Made by a program: the position numbers and the translations under genes. Source: Lacrimispora sp. (GTDB lineage Bacteria > Bacillota > Clostridia > Lachnospirales > Lachnospiraceae). From it: a stretch of DNA of 64,000 nt. Below, piece by piece: positions 19,667-29,331 of this stretch. The stretch is from assembly GCF_047605665.1 (NCBI RefSeq), contig NZ_JASGFH010000021.1, forward strand, positions 14,790 to 78,789, read 5' to 3'. The first letter of the stretch is position 1, and every line of letters begins with the position of its first letter. The notes under the pieces are model-generated. The model was not told the origin of the DNA, made no database searches, and saw only the letters and a program-made list of their open reading frames with translations.

Positions 19667-20473
19667 TCACTTTACAAGCTGTTCTTCCAGCTTGTCATAC
19701 TTTGTGCTGAGGACGATGACATCAATCCTCCGGTTCTGGGCCCTGCCTTTGTCTGTATCATTATCTGCAATGGGCTTGAATTCTCCATAGCCGACGGCAA
19801 TCAGCTTGTCCGGCGAAAAATTGCATTTGTCGATCAGAAGCTTTACAACACTGACCGCTCTTGCCGTGGAAAGTTCCCAGTTGGAAGGGTAAGTGCTTCG
19901 CCGTATGGGAACATTGTCCGTGTGTCCCTCAATACGGATATAATTGTCAACCGTGTTTAAGAGGCCCGCCACATGGAGCAGGGTGTCTTCACTCTGCGGT
20001 TTGATTTCTGCGCTTCCTGAGTCAAATAATATGGCGTTGTTCAGACGGATTACAAGGCCCCTCATATCAATGACAGTCGATACGGACTGGTCCATTCCCT
20101 GCTCGTGCAGCGATTCATCCAGATCTTCCTTTAATTTCTCCATCTTTTCAAACTCATATTCTCCCATAAAGCTTTCCAGCTCGCTTCGGTTCTCCACACT
20201 CAACGGACCGCCTGACTGGCCCCCGCTTCCGTTTCCGCCTCCACTTCCGCTTCCGACGGAAATGCCGCCTGATGAGGAACCGCCATAGTTTTCATTCATC
20301 ATAACTCCAGAGAATTGCTCGGCAATTTTCTGAGCCTTTTCAGAATCGATCTTGCTGACAGCAAAGAGGACAATAAAAACCGCCAACAGCAGGGTCATCA
20401 GATCTGAATAAGGCAGAAGCCATGCTTCCCCGGCTTCTTCTTCCTGATGTGCTTGCACTTTCTTTTTTGACAT
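19667..20473 (-). CDS. motB: flagellar stator protein MotB (OmpA-like C-terminal domain)
   Basis: WLLPYSDLMTLLLAVFIVLFA TM with conserved Asp; EGHTD, NWELSTARA, NRRIDV. Confidence 0.92.
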   Translation of the reverse strand: MSKKKVQAHQEEEAGEAWLLPYSDLMTLLLAVFIVLFAVSKIDSEKAQKIAEQFSGVMMNENYGGSSSGGISVGSGSGGGNGSGGQSGGPLSVENRSELESFMGEYEFEKMEKLKEDLDESLHEQGMDQSVSTVIDMRGLVIRLNNAILFDSGSAEIKPQSEDTLLHVAGLLNTVDNYIRIEGHTDNVPIRRSTYPSNWELSTARAVSVVKLLIDKCNFSPDKLIAVGYGEFKPIADNDTDKGRAQNRRIDVIVLSTKYDKLEEQLVK

Positions 20474-20484
20474 ACATGATCACC

Positions 20485-21270
20485 TTATTCCTTATTTGTC
20501 CGCTCAGATATTTTTTTCTGCATGGATGGGGGAAGAACGGCAAGCAGCTTTTCCTTGAGCATAAAGGCGGAATCACCTTTTTGTATGGAAAGCATACCTG
20601 TTACAATGATTTGCTTCACCATGACCTCCTGCTGGCTTTTTACTTTGAGTTTTTTCGCAAAAGGATTCCAAAGGACGTATCCGGTAAAAATTCCAAGGAT
20701 GGTCGCAATAAAGGCTGCAGCAATGGCTTCCGCCATTCTTTCCGTATCATTGATGGAGGACATGGCGGCAATAAGGCCAAATACCGCGCCCAAAACGCCT
20801 AAGGTGGGGGCATATGTACCGGCAGAGGAAAAAATGCTGGCATTGATTTCGTGCCGTTTTTCCATTGCGGAAATCTCGCTTTCCAAAAGCTCTTCGATGA
20901 TCTCCTCTCCTGCACCGTCAACGAGAAGGCGGAGGCCCTTTTTGATAAAGGGGTCCTTCATTTCTTCTGCCTTGGCCTCTAATGATAAAAGCCCGTCTAT
21001 GCGGGCTTTTTTGGAGAGCTCTACCAATAGTTCTATGACTTCAATTTCTGTGTTTCCCTTTGGCTTTGTGAACAGGACTCTAAACAGGGAACCGATGCTT
21101 TTAATATTCTGACCGGGAAATGAGTTCAAAACAGTAGCAATGGTGCCAATGATGATAACAAAGATAGCAGCAGGGTTTATGAGGACTGAAAACTCAATAT
21201 GCTTAAAAAACATCGCACCCACAACAGCCACAATACCCATTATAATGCCTAAAATAGTAGTTAACTCCAT
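20485..21270 (-). CDS. motA: flagellar stator protein MotA
   Basis: INPAAIFVIIIGT, ARIDGLLSLE, APTLGVLGAVFGLI, ATILGI; Bacillus MotA-like. Confidence 0.92.
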   Translation of the reverse strand: MELTTILGIIMGIVAVVGAMFFKHIEFSVLINPAAIFVIIIGTIATVLNSFPGQNIKSIGSLFRVLFTKPKGNTEIEVIELLVELSKKARIDGLLSLEAKAEEMKDPFIKKGLRLLVDGAGEEIIEELLESEISAMEKRHEINASIFSSAGTYAPTLGVLGAVFGLIAAMSSINDTERMAEAIAAAFIATILGIFTGYVLWNPFAKKLKVKSQQEVMVKQIIVTGMLSIQKGDSAFMLKEKLLAVLPPSMQKKISERTNKE

Positions 21271-21309
21271 AAAGCCTCCTTTGTAACAGCAATGTATTTA
21301 ACATTTCTG

Positions 21310-21353
21310 ATTCTAGCACATATTGAAGCTTAGGAACGTTAAAAAAACGTTAA
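21310..21353 (-). promoter_or_regulatory. putative activator-dependent motAB promoter with 8-bp direct repeat
   Basis: Extended -10 TGcTAGAAT (21310-21318), no good -35; AACGTTAA at 21335-21342 and 21346-21353 (11-bp period). Confidence 0.45.
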
Positions 21354-21366
21354 TATTCCGGCTCTT

Positions 21367-22626
21367 TTATGGACGCACCTGTCCGTTTCCGTAAATGATA
21401 TATTTGGTGGTAGTCAGCTCTTTTAACCCCATAGGCCCTCTGGCATGAAGCTTCTGGGTGCTGATGCCGATTTCAGCGCCAAAGCCGAATTCATACCCGT
21501 CGGTAAACCGGGTGGAGGCATTGACATAAACGGCGGCTGAGTTGATTTCATTTAAAAACTTCTGCGCATGGTCATAATCCGAGGTGATGATGGCCTCCGA
21601 ATGTCCTGTGCTGTAGCGGTTGATATGGGCAATGGCTTCCTCTAAGGAATCCACAAGCTTCAAGGATAAAATATAATCCAGATATTCCTTTCCCCAGTCC
21701 TCTTCCGAAGCAGGAACCAGGCCCTCTGTCATGGCGCAGGCAGCCTCGTCAGCCCGTATTTCAACGGATTTAAGAGAAAGCCGTTCCTTTAAAAGGGGCA
21801 GAAAGGCAGGGGCAATGCGCCGGTGAATGACCAGAGCTTCACAGGCATTGCAGACTCCGATCCTCTGGGTCTTTGCATTGAATATAATATCCAGCGCCAT
21901 GTTAAAATCAGCGGATTCATCCACGAAGATATGGCAGTTTCCTGTTCCCGTTTCGATGACGGGAATGTTGCTGTTATCCACCACGCTCTTAATAAGCCCT
22001 GCTCCTCCTCTTGGAATCAGAACGTCCACATACTCTCTCATGCGCATAAACTCTTTTGTAACTTCCCGGTCTGTATCGGTGATCAGTTGGATGGCATCCT
22101 CTGGCAGGCCGGAGTTTTTAAGCCCTGCCCGCAGCCATTTAACAATAGCTTTATTAGACTCTAAAGCATCACTTCCGCCCTTTAAGATCACTGCATTGCC
22201 GGACTTAAAGCAAAGGCCGAAGGCATCTGCGGTCACGTTGGGTCTGGCTTCATAGATGATGCCCACCACACCCATGGGAACCCGCTTCTGGCCTATAGTG
22301 AGGCCGTTTGGCCGGACTTTCATGGAAAGAACTTCCCCCACCGGGTCATCTAAAGCCGCTACGGATAAAAGGCCGTCTGCCATGGCCTCAATTCTTCCGG
22401 GAGTCAGCTCCAGCCGGTCCACCAGTCCGGGATTCATACCGGCTGCAACGGCTTTAATCACGTCATCCTGATTGGCTGCGAGGATTTCCGCCTCACCTTC
22501 CAAAAGGGCGGCTGCGGCAGCTTTCAGCCCTTCGTTCTTTTTTTCCGTGCCCAGAATTCCAATGAAAGCTGTCACTTCTTTTGCCTTTTTTCCAATTTCT
22601 GTAATCGTCATAATGAAATCCTCCAA
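21367..22626 (-). CDS. proA: glutamate-5-semialdehyde dehydrogenase
   Basis: [57 protein letters not shown]. Confidence 0.96.
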   Translation of the reverse strand: MEDFIMTITEIGKKAKEVTAFIGILGTEKKNEGLKAAAAALLEGEAEILAANQDDVIKAVAAGMNPGLVDRLELTPGRIEAMADGLLSVAALDDPVGEVLSMKVRPNGLTIGQKRVPMGVVGIIYEARPNVTADAFGLCFKSGNAVILKGGSDALESNKAIVKWLRAGLKNSGLPEDAIQLITDTDREVTKEFMRMREYVDVLIPRGGAGLIKSVVDNSNIPVIETGTGNCHIFVDESADFNMALDIIFNAKTQRIGVCNACEALVIHRRIAPAFLPLLKERLSLKSVEIRADEAACAMTEGLVPASEEDWGKEYLDYILSLKLVDSLEEAIAHINRYSTGHSEAIITSDYDHAQKFLNEINSAAVYVNASTRFTDGYEFGFGAEIGISTQKLHARGPMGLKELTTTKYIIYGNGQVRP

Positions 22627-22644
22627 TCTTTTCCTTATATTTCC

Positions 22645-23187
22645 CTAAGGAGTGATAATCCGGTCCATCGGTACGTCATGAGGTTCTGCCGGAATCCGGT
22701 CAAACAACTGAAAGCCATATCCAATGGCAAGCCGGTAATGATCGGGCTCCTGCTTAAAAAAGCGGTCATAATAGCCGCCGCCGTATCCGATCCGGTTTCC
22801 TGACTTATCAAAGGCAAGGCCGGGAACTATCACCGGCGCTCCCTCATCCCAGATTCTCAAGCAGGAGGACTTGGGTTCCATAATTCCCATAACCCCCTCT
22901 TCCAAATCCTTTTTTCCGGAAATGGCATAAAACTCCAGGGCTTTTCCGGAAACCTTAGGAAGCGCTATGTATTTTCCCTGGTTCCAGAGGGCCTTCATCA
23001 TCCTCCAGGTTCCTGCTTCCTTGCCAAAGGAGGCGTAGCAGAATACACAGAAAGCCCGCTGAATTTCGTCTGTATCTAAAATCTGGCGGCAGATGGACTC
23101 ATCCCACAAGGTCTGGGTGGCTGCATCTAAGGCCTCTCTCTGCTCCTTCACCCATTTACGGATTTCATTCTTCTCCCACATCTCCAT
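22645..23187 (-). CDS. 5-formyltetrahydrofolate cyclo-ligase
   Basis: IVPGLAFD..GNRIGYGGGYYDRF, EPHDVPMDRIIT. Confidence 0.92.
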   Translation of the reverse strand: MEMWEKNEIRKWVKEQREALDAATQTLWDESICRQILDTDEIQRAFCVFCYASFGKEAGTWRMMKALWNQGKYIALPKVSGKALEFYAISGKKDLEEGVMGIMEPKSSCLRIWDEGAPVIVPGLAFDKSGNRIGYGGGYYDRFFKQEPDHYRLAIGYGFQLFDRIPAEPHDVPMDRIITP

Positions 23188-23386
23188 ACTTCTTACCCAG
23201 GTCCGTAATGGAACCGTCTGCTTCCTGAATTGATATATTGTTTAAATTTCCCCTCAGGCTGTTGCGGATTGCAAGGATGTATTCCTGGCGCAGAGTCTGC
23301 TGCTCTGCCTTTTCCTCTTCTGTAAGCCCTACGGATTTTGACTTGTGATAAAGTGTATTGATTCTGTCTATTCTCTCTTGATTCAT
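23165..23386 (-). CDS. DUF896 (YnzC-like) protein
   Basis: IDRINTLYHKSKSVGLTEEEKAEQQTLRQEY pattern. Confidence 0.88.
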   Translation of the reverse strand: MNQERIDRINTLYHKSKSVGLTEEEKAEQQTLRQEYILAIRNSLRGNLNNISIQEADGSITDLGKKYGDVGEE

Positions 23387-23395
23387 TATTTCTCC

Positions 23396-24271
23396 TTAAT
23401 ATTCCCTGTTAATATAATCCATTAAATCAAAATCGTGGTTCTGGTGGGCCAGGAACAAGGTTCCCTTTGCCTCTCCCGACACGATCTGCCAGATTCCGTC
23501 TATGTCCTCTCCGTTGGAAATGACCATATCAGAGCCGCTGTCTGTGGCAATTCTGGCTGCAGCCAGCTTGGCCGCCATGCCTCCGGTGCCCACATCGCTT
23601 CCGGAAGTGGATTTCCCCATTTCAAGAAGGTCCGGTGTGATCTCCCTTACCAGGCCGATGAATTCTGCATCCGGATTCTGCCTGGGATCGTCGGAATACA
23701 GCCCGTCAATATCCGATAACAGAATCAGAAGGTCTGCTCCGATGAGAGCGGCCACAATGGCGGAAAGCCTGTCATTGTCTCCGAAATTGTCCACAAAAGG
23801 GATTTCAGAGGTGGACACGGTATCGTTTTCATTGACAATGGGGATGGTTCCCAGCTTTAACAGCTCGTCAAAGGTGTTCTGGGCATTGTAGCGGGTGCTG
23901 TCATCCACCATATTATTCTTGGTCAAAAGCACCTGTGCGGCGATCTGGTTGTACTCTGCAAAGAGCTTCTGATACACCATCATGAGCCTGGCCTGGCCGA
24001 CAGCGGCAAAGGCCTGCTTTTCTGCCAGAGTTCCCGGCCTGGTGTGATGCCCCAGGGCCTGGCGCCCTGCCGCAATGGCACCGGAGGATACCAGCACCAC
24101 TTCTTTTCCCTGACCCTTTAAATCGCTGATCACCCGGACCAACTTCTCAATTTTCATCAGGTTTAAATCTCCTGTATAGGTATGGGTTAAGGAAGAAGAC
24201 CCGATCTTAATGACGATCCTCTTCTTATCCCTCAGTTTTACTCGTTCTTCAACGTTCATGATCTTTTTCAT
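23396..24271 (-). CDS. proB: glutamate 5-kinase (no PUA domain)
   Basis: IVIKIGSSSL, VSSGAI, AAVGQ, PIVNENDTV, FGDNDRL, GTGGMAAK. Confidence 0.95.
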   Translation of the reverse strand: MKKIMNVEERVKLRDKKRIVIKIGSSSLTHTYTGDLNLMKIEKLVRVISDLKGQGKEVVLVSSGAIAAGRQALGHHTRPGTLAEKQAFAAVGQARLMMVYQKLFAEYNQIAAQVLLTKNNMVDDSTRYNAQNTFDELLKLGTIPIVNENDTVSTSEIPFVDNFGDNDRLSAIVAALIGADLLILLSDIDGLYSDDPRQNPDAEFIGLVREITPDLLEMGKSTSGSDVGTGGMAAKLAAARIATDSGSDMVISNGEDIDGIWQIVSGEAKGTLFLAHQNHDFDLMDYINREY

Positions 24272-24299
24272 CTGCTTTCTGATGTTCTTTTTGTCTCAT

Positions 24300-24328
24300 A
24301 TCTTACATCATTTTCGTGTATTCGTCAA
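24300..24328 (-). promoter_or_regulatory. putative sigma-A promoter of proB operon
   Basis: TTGACG-17 bp-TAAGAT. Confidence 0.6.
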
Positions 24329-24329
24329 T

Positions 24330-25925
24330 TTATAATCCCTGCATCTGAAATCTGGAAGCGACAGCCTCTGCCACTTTCAATCCATCCATGGCTGCGGAAG
24401 TGATTCCTCCCGCATATCCGGCGCCCTCTCCGCAGGGGTACATTCCCTTCACGCTGCTTTCCAACGTCTCATCCCGGAAAATGCGCACCGGAGAAGAGGT
24501 ACGGCTTTCAATCCCCGCCAAAACCGCGTCAGGCCTTGCAAAACCGCGAATCCGCCGTTCAAAAGCCTCTACGCCCTCTATGATGGACTCCGTCATATAT
24601 GCCGGAAGAATTTCCCTTAAATCGGCAAATTCGTATAAGCCCTTAAATGCCGGCTCCACGTTGCCGAATTCCCGGCTTATTCTGCCCTTCTTAAAATCTT
24701 CGTAAAGCTGAACCGGAATCTTTCCATTCCCCTGTAAAAATGCAGCTTCCTCCAGCCTTCTCTGGTAAGCGATTCCGGAAAGAGGCCCTTCTCCTCCAAA
24801 GTCTTCCGGCGTTACGGTAACGATCAGGGCGCTGTTGGCATTTTTCCCATCCCGTTTGTGATAACTCATCCCGTTGACAGCCAGCCGCCCCTCTTCAGAA
24901 GAAGCATTGACCACATATCCGCCGGGACACATGCAGAAGGTGTAAATTCCCCTTCCGTTTGTGCAGGAGTGAGTCAGCTTGTAATCCGCCGCACCGAGAA
25001 GGGACTGGTCTGGGGTTCCGTATTGGGAAAGGTCGATGGTCTCCTGGGGATGCTGGATTCTCAGTCCCATGGCAAAGGCCTTCGCCTCCATGGGAACACC
25101 TCTCTTTTCCAAAACCTCAAAGGTATCCCTTGCGCTGTGCCCGATGGCAAGGATCAGGACATCGGTCAAAATCCTCTCTCCTTCTCCCACAACGATTTCC
25201 TTCAGCCTCCCGCCTTCTGTTATAAAATCGGTCACATGGCTTTGAAAACGGACTTCTCCTCCAAGTCTTATGATTTCTTCCCTCATATTTTTTACAATAC
25301 CGCTTAACACATCGGTTCCGATATGAGGCTTATTGACGTAGAGAATAGAGGGGTCTGCCCCAAACTCCACAAACAGCTCCAGCACCTTTTTATTTCTCAT
25401 AAAAGGGTCTTTTACAAGGGTGTTTAGCTTTCCGTCGGAAAAGGTTCCGGCTCCCCCTTCGCCAAACTGCACGTTGCTGTCAGGATTCAGCCTTTGACCC
25501 TCCCAGAAGCGGTCCACCCCTTCCCGGCGCCGGTCCACATCCTCTCCCCGCTCTAAAAGCAGGGGGTTATAGCCGTTTCTCGCCAGCATGACACCGCAAA
25601 AAAGCCCTGCCGGACCTGTTCCGATGATGACGGGGCGGTGAGACAGCTTTTCCTTTCCCGGCTTTGGAAAGACGTATTCTCTCTTTTCGGCAATGCTCAC
25701 ATTGACGTTTTTAGCTTTATGTACAACAGACTCTTCCCTTAAGGCTTCCACCTCCACGCAGTAGGTGAAATGGATTTCTTCCTTTTTTCTGGCGTCAATG
25801 GACTGTTTTATGATTTTAAGGGAGCGTATTTCGCTCACCGGAATTTTTAATGTCTTTGCTGCTTTATTCCATAAATACTCTTCCGTGTGGTCCACCGGCA
25901 GCTTTAATTGATTGATTCGGATCAT
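24330..25925 (-). CDS. uncharacterised FAD-dependent oxidoreductase (COG2509-like; start moved to MIRINQ)
   Basis: IIGTGPAGL, FGEGGAGTFSDGKL, PHIGTD, FCMCPGG, CGEGAGYAGGITSAAMDG; ATGA overlap with upstream gene. Confidence 0.82.
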   Translation of the reverse strand: MIRINQLKLPVDHTEEYLWNKAAKTLKIPVSEIRSLKIIKQSIDARKKEEIHFTYCVEVEALREESVVHKAKNVNVSIAEKREYVFPKPGKEKLSHRPVIIGTGPAGLFCGVMLARNGYNPLLLERGEDVDRRREGVDRFWEGQRLNPDSNVQFGEGGAGTFSDGKLNTLVKDPFMRNKKVLELFVEFGADPSILYVNKPHIGTDVLSGIVKNMREEIIRLGGEVRFQSHVTDFITEGGRLKEIVVGEGERILTDVLILAIGHSARDTFEVLEKRGVPMEAKAFAMGLRIQHPQETIDLSQYGTPDQSLLGAADYKLTHSCTNGRGIYTFCMCPGGYVVNASSEEGRLAVNGMSYHKRDGKNANSALIVTVTPEDFGGEGPLSGIAYQRRLEEAAFLQGNGKIPVQLYEDFKKGRISREFGNVEPAFKGLYEFADLREILPAYMTESIIEGVEAFERRIRGFARPDAVLAGIESRTSSPVRIFRDETLESSVKGMYPCGEGAGYAGGITSAAMDGLKVAEAVASRFQMQGL

Positions 25926-27142
25926 ATGTTCTCTCTTCCTGCATAAGTACCTGCTAAAATCCCGCTGGACCAGGCCCACTGCAGATTGTAGCCTCCGCAG
26001 ATGCCGTCCACATCAAGGATTTCTCCGGCAAAGTAAAGCCGTTTTATCAGTTTCGATTCCATGGTACAAGGATCGACCTCTCTTGTATCCACTCCGCCGC
26101 TGCATACCTGAGCCTGATCAAAGGAATTGGAAGAAACGACTGCTGTTTCAAGTCCCTTTATGGCTGCGGTCAGCTTTTTGATCTGGGCGGGTTTGATTTC
26201 CCCGGTTTTGGACATTTTGGCGATTCCGGTTTCATTTAATAAAATCCGGGCCAGCTTCTGATTTAAGACTCCGTTTAAGAACTCCTCAGCCGGACGGTAA
26301 GCAAAGCGCTTTACCCGGTCTGCCAAAAGCTCTTCCGCAGCCTTATAATCGAGAGAAGGCAGCAAATCCAGTTCTGCCGTCACAGTCTGCCCCTTATCAA
26401 GAGCCCTGCAAGCAAACCGGCTGACCTGAAATACAGGGATTCCCGATATTCCGTAATCGGTAAACTGGAGCTCTCCCCGGTCCTCTGCAACTGCTTTTCC
26501 GTTTATCTTTAAGGTTACAAGAGCCTCTGTTCTCACACCGGCTGCCTGTTTATACCACTTTTCCCTGCACTTGAGCTGAACGAGAGCGGGAAGGGGCTTT
26601 ATGACCGTGTGACCCAAAGCAGCGGCCAGCTCATAGCCGCTTCCGTCAGAGCCTGTCTTAGACGCAGCCATGGAACCGGCAGCCAGAATGACTGCATCCC
26701 CTTTCATCTTTCCATTGGAAGTTATAAGAGTCAAATCCCTTTTAATTTCCCTGACATGGCAGTCACAGATCAAGGTAATTCCCAGGCGGTCCACCTCAAA
26801 CATGAGGGCATCCGCTATGGAAGAAGCCTGCCCTGTGTTGGGATACACATATCCGTTCCGGTCTGTGAGCACAACTCCCAGGCCTTTAAAAAATTCCAGG
26901 GTCTGAGGGACAGACACTGTTTCCAGAACCATTTTTGCGAAGTCAGGATTTTCACCCCGGTAGGCGCCGAAAGGAGCGGCCAGATTGGTCAGATTGCACT
27001 TTCCATTTCCAGTGGAAAGAAGCTTTTTCCCCGGCCTGGCTGTATGTTCTAACATGGTGACGGACGCCCCTAGCCTGGCTGCCTGAATTCCTGCCGCCAG
27101 ACCGGAGGCGCCCCCTCCCACAATGATTACCTTTGGTTTCAT
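25922..27142 (-). CDS. HI0933/YhiN (YtfP/BaiN-like) flavoprotein
   Basis: GGGASG, GKKLLSTGNGKCNLTN, GSDGSGY, FTDYGISG, GEILDVDG.CGGYNLQWAWSSG. Confidence 0.9.
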   Translation of the reverse strand: MKPKVIIVGGGASGLAAGIQAARLGASVTMLEHTARPGKKLLSTGNGKCNLTNLAAPFGAYRGENPDFAKMVLETVSVPQTLEFFKGLGVVLTDRNGYVYPNTGQASSIADALMFEVDRLGITLICDCHVREIKRDLTLITSNGKMKGDAVILAAGSMAASKTGSDGSGYELAAALGHTVIKPLPALVQLKCREKWYKQAAGVRTEALVTLKINGKAVAEDRGELQFTDYGISGIPVFQVSRFACRALDKGQTVTAELDLLPSLDYKAAEELLADRVKRFAYRPAEEFLNGVLNQKLARILLNETGIAKMSKTGEIKPAQIKKLTAAIKGLETAVVSSNSFDQAQVCSGGVDTREVDPCTMESKLIKRLYFAGEILDVDGICGGYNLQWAWSSGILAGTYAGRENI

Positions 27143-27213
27143 AGATTCCTCCTGTGTATTCAGACAAATCTATTGTATCCAGTTTGTCCTTTTATTTCAA
27201 GCAATACTTTTCT

Positions 27214-27600
27214 TTAACTCGTATAGGATTCCAGATAATTAAACACCTCAATCATGGAGGAAAACCATATGCCCTCCATCAGCTTTCCCCGTTCCTCCTC
27301 CGGAAAATCCACAATGGGCATATGGGTATAAAGACAGATGGTGGTCTTGTCCTGATAAAGAACCAGCAGATATCCGTCTTCTGCAACGAGATAAAATTTT
27401 TCCTTGCCCTTGGCATTGACCGGCTCCACCTCTTCCTGGTTAATGACGATCTGTGCTTCCGTCACTGTTTCCGTTTCTATGGTAGCTCCGGGAAGAGCCT
27501 CCTCAGGCCGTACGCTGTCCTTTGTAATGGCAAAACCGATCCCTAAGCAGACGGCCGAAGCCGCCACAAACAAAAGAAAGCAGAACATATACTTCTTCAT
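27214..27600 (-). CDS. secreted protein with BofC C-terminal-like domain
   Basis: N-terminal hydrophobic segment; YLVAEDGYLLV...FPEEERGKLMEGI...LESYTS resembles BofC_C. Confidence 0.65.
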   Translation of the reverse strand: MKKYMFCFLLFVAASAVCLGIGFAITKDSVRPEEALPGATIETETVTEAQIVINQEEVEPVNAKGKEKFYLVAEDGYLLVLYQDKTTICLYTHMPIVDFPEEERGKLMEGIWFSSMIEVFNYLESYTS

Positions 27601-27654
27601 GAGTTGATACCTCCTTCAAGTAAGTATAGTATCTGCTTTCTTTTACCATTTTAA

Positions 27655-29331
27655 TCACAATAAATGGAATTTTACTGCTATACGGGCCAGTTTCCTGCCT
27701 CCCGGCAGGCTTAAAAGCTCTGTTTCATCCACACAGCCTAATTTTAAGAGCAGGATGCCGTAGATGACAGCCGCTGCCCCGATTGCTGCTAAAACCCCCA
27801 AAGCATTGTGCTTTAAGGTGATGTGAACCAGGAAATAAACGCCGTAAGCCAGACCTCCCATGATTCCTGCGGCCAGAGTGGGCAGGATAAAGGTCTTTTT
27901 CATTTCCTGTCTGTAATTTAAAAATTTTCTGATGGAGGCCCCATTTAAAAGGCACATGGTGAGTGCAAACAGGATGTTGGAATACACCACGCTGTAAATG
28001 CCCATCCGGAACACATAGAGCATGACCAGCAGGATGACTACGTGAAGCCCCAGGGAGATGACTGCATTCTTAAGGGGCGTCTGGATTCGGTTGATTCCCT
28101 GGAGCACCGCATTGGTGACTGTGGAAAGGGAAAAGAAGGCCACTGCTGTGGACCCGTACATCATCATCTTAATCAGGGCTCCATTGTCACTTCCGCCAAA
28201 AAGCAGATTACAGATGGGACCTGCCAGAACAGTCAGGCCGACTGTGGAAGGGATGGCGATGATCATGGAAAAACGGATGACCATGGAAACCCTGCTTGTG
28301 ACCTGGCCCCGGTTTCTCTCCGCCACGGCCCTTGATAAGGCAGGGATCAGGGCTGAGGACAGGGAATTGGCAATAGCCACCGGAATATTGAACAGCAGAT
28401 GGTATCTGCCGGAATAAACACCCCAGTTGGAGGCAATCGCAGAATCCGCCATGCCCATGGAAGCCATGACATTTCCGTAAATGCTGTTATCAATGACTGT
28501 GCTGATATTATAAGCCACACTGCTTAAGACAATGGGCAGGACCGTCATAACCAGGATGCTGGAAATTTCCCCGTAAGACTCCAAGTGCTTGCTTTTGTCC
28601 TTTCTCCTCTGACGCCTCATAACCGGGCGGTAGCTGAGAAAAATGAACAGCAGGAATAAGAGGGCAGCCACTGCTCCCACCCCGGTTCCTATGGTGCCGC
28701 CTGCCGCTCCAAAGGCAAAGGAATATTTCGATGAACCGTAGACCAGATTGGAATGAAACCCTGCCTGAAAGAGCCTGGAAGCAGCATAAATGCTGATCAC
28801 CGCATTGACGATCTGCTCAAAAATCTGGGATATGGCCGTAGGAAGCATGGTGCCTATTCCCTGGAAATATCCCCGGAACACGCCTAAGTAAGCGATGACC
28901 CAGATGGTTGGAGCCAGCGTTTTCAGCGCATAACTGGTATAAGGCATCTTCAAAAAATGGTTTGCAAAAATATCGGCCCCAAACCAGAGCACAGCGGCCC
29001 CGATTCCTCCTGCCACAGTTCCGTAGAGCAGTGACACGCGAAGAACCCGGAAGGAATTGGTGTATTCCTTTCGGGCCAGTCTGGTGGCAATCATCTTGGA
29101 AACCGCGGTAGGCAGGCTGTAAGAGGACACGATCAGCAAAATGGAATAAATGGAAAAAGCGGAGCTGTAATAGCCATTTCCTTCATCCCCTAAAATATCC
29201 GCCAAAGGAATGCGGTAAAACATTCCGATCACCCGGACAATAATGCCCGCCGCCGCAAGGATGACTCCCTGAATGAGAAAATTTGAAGATTTCTTTTTCG
29301 TTGTACTTCTCTGTAACTTATTGTTTTCCAT
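27655..29331 (-). CDS. MOP-superfamily flippase (SpoVB/YtgP/MurJ-like polysaccharide biosynthesis protein)
   Basis: RVIGMFYRIPL..ILGDEGNGYY, RGYFQG, TAISQIFEQ; ~14 TM. Confidence 0.88.
   Translation of the reverse strand: MENNKLQRSTTKKKSSNFLIQGVILAAAGIIVRVIGMFYRIPLADILGDEGNGYYSSAFSIYSILLIVSSYSLPTAVSKMIATRLARKEYTNSFRVLRVSLLYGTVAGGIGAAVLWFGADIFANHFLKMPYTSYALKTLAPTIWVIAYLGVFRGYFQGIGTMLPTAISQIFEQIVNAVISIYAASRLFQAGFHSNLVYGSSKYSFAFGAAGGTIGTGVGAVAALLFLLFIFLSYRPVMRRQRRKDKSKHLESYGEISSILVMTVLPIVLSSVAYNISTVIDNSIYGNVMASMGMADSAIASNWGVYSGRYHLLFNIPVAIANSLSSALIPALSRAVAERNRGQVTSRVSMVIRFSMIIAIPSTVGLTVLAGPICNLLFGGSDNGALIKMMMYGSTAVAFFSLSTVTNAVLQGINRIQTPLKNAVISLGLHVVILLVMLYVFRMGIYSVVYSNILFALTMCLLNGASIRKFLNYRQEMKKTFILPTLAAGIMGGLAYGVYFLVHITLKHNALGVLAAIGAAAVIYGILLLKLGCVDETELLSLPGGRKLARIAVKFHLL

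Noticed and set aside
20220-20290. Repetitive CTTCCG tract in motB
   Set aside because: Encodes a Gly/Ser linker; not a separate repeat element.
19667-21270. ZorAB-like anti-phage motor
   Set aside because: MotA has no long ZorA tail and keeps FliG-contact residues; there are no zorC/D/E-like neighbours.
23188-23400. 6S RNA upstream of 5-formyl-THF cyclo-ligase (proteobacterial ssrS-ygfA synteny)
   Set aside because: The upstream DNA is fully coding (DUF896, proB).
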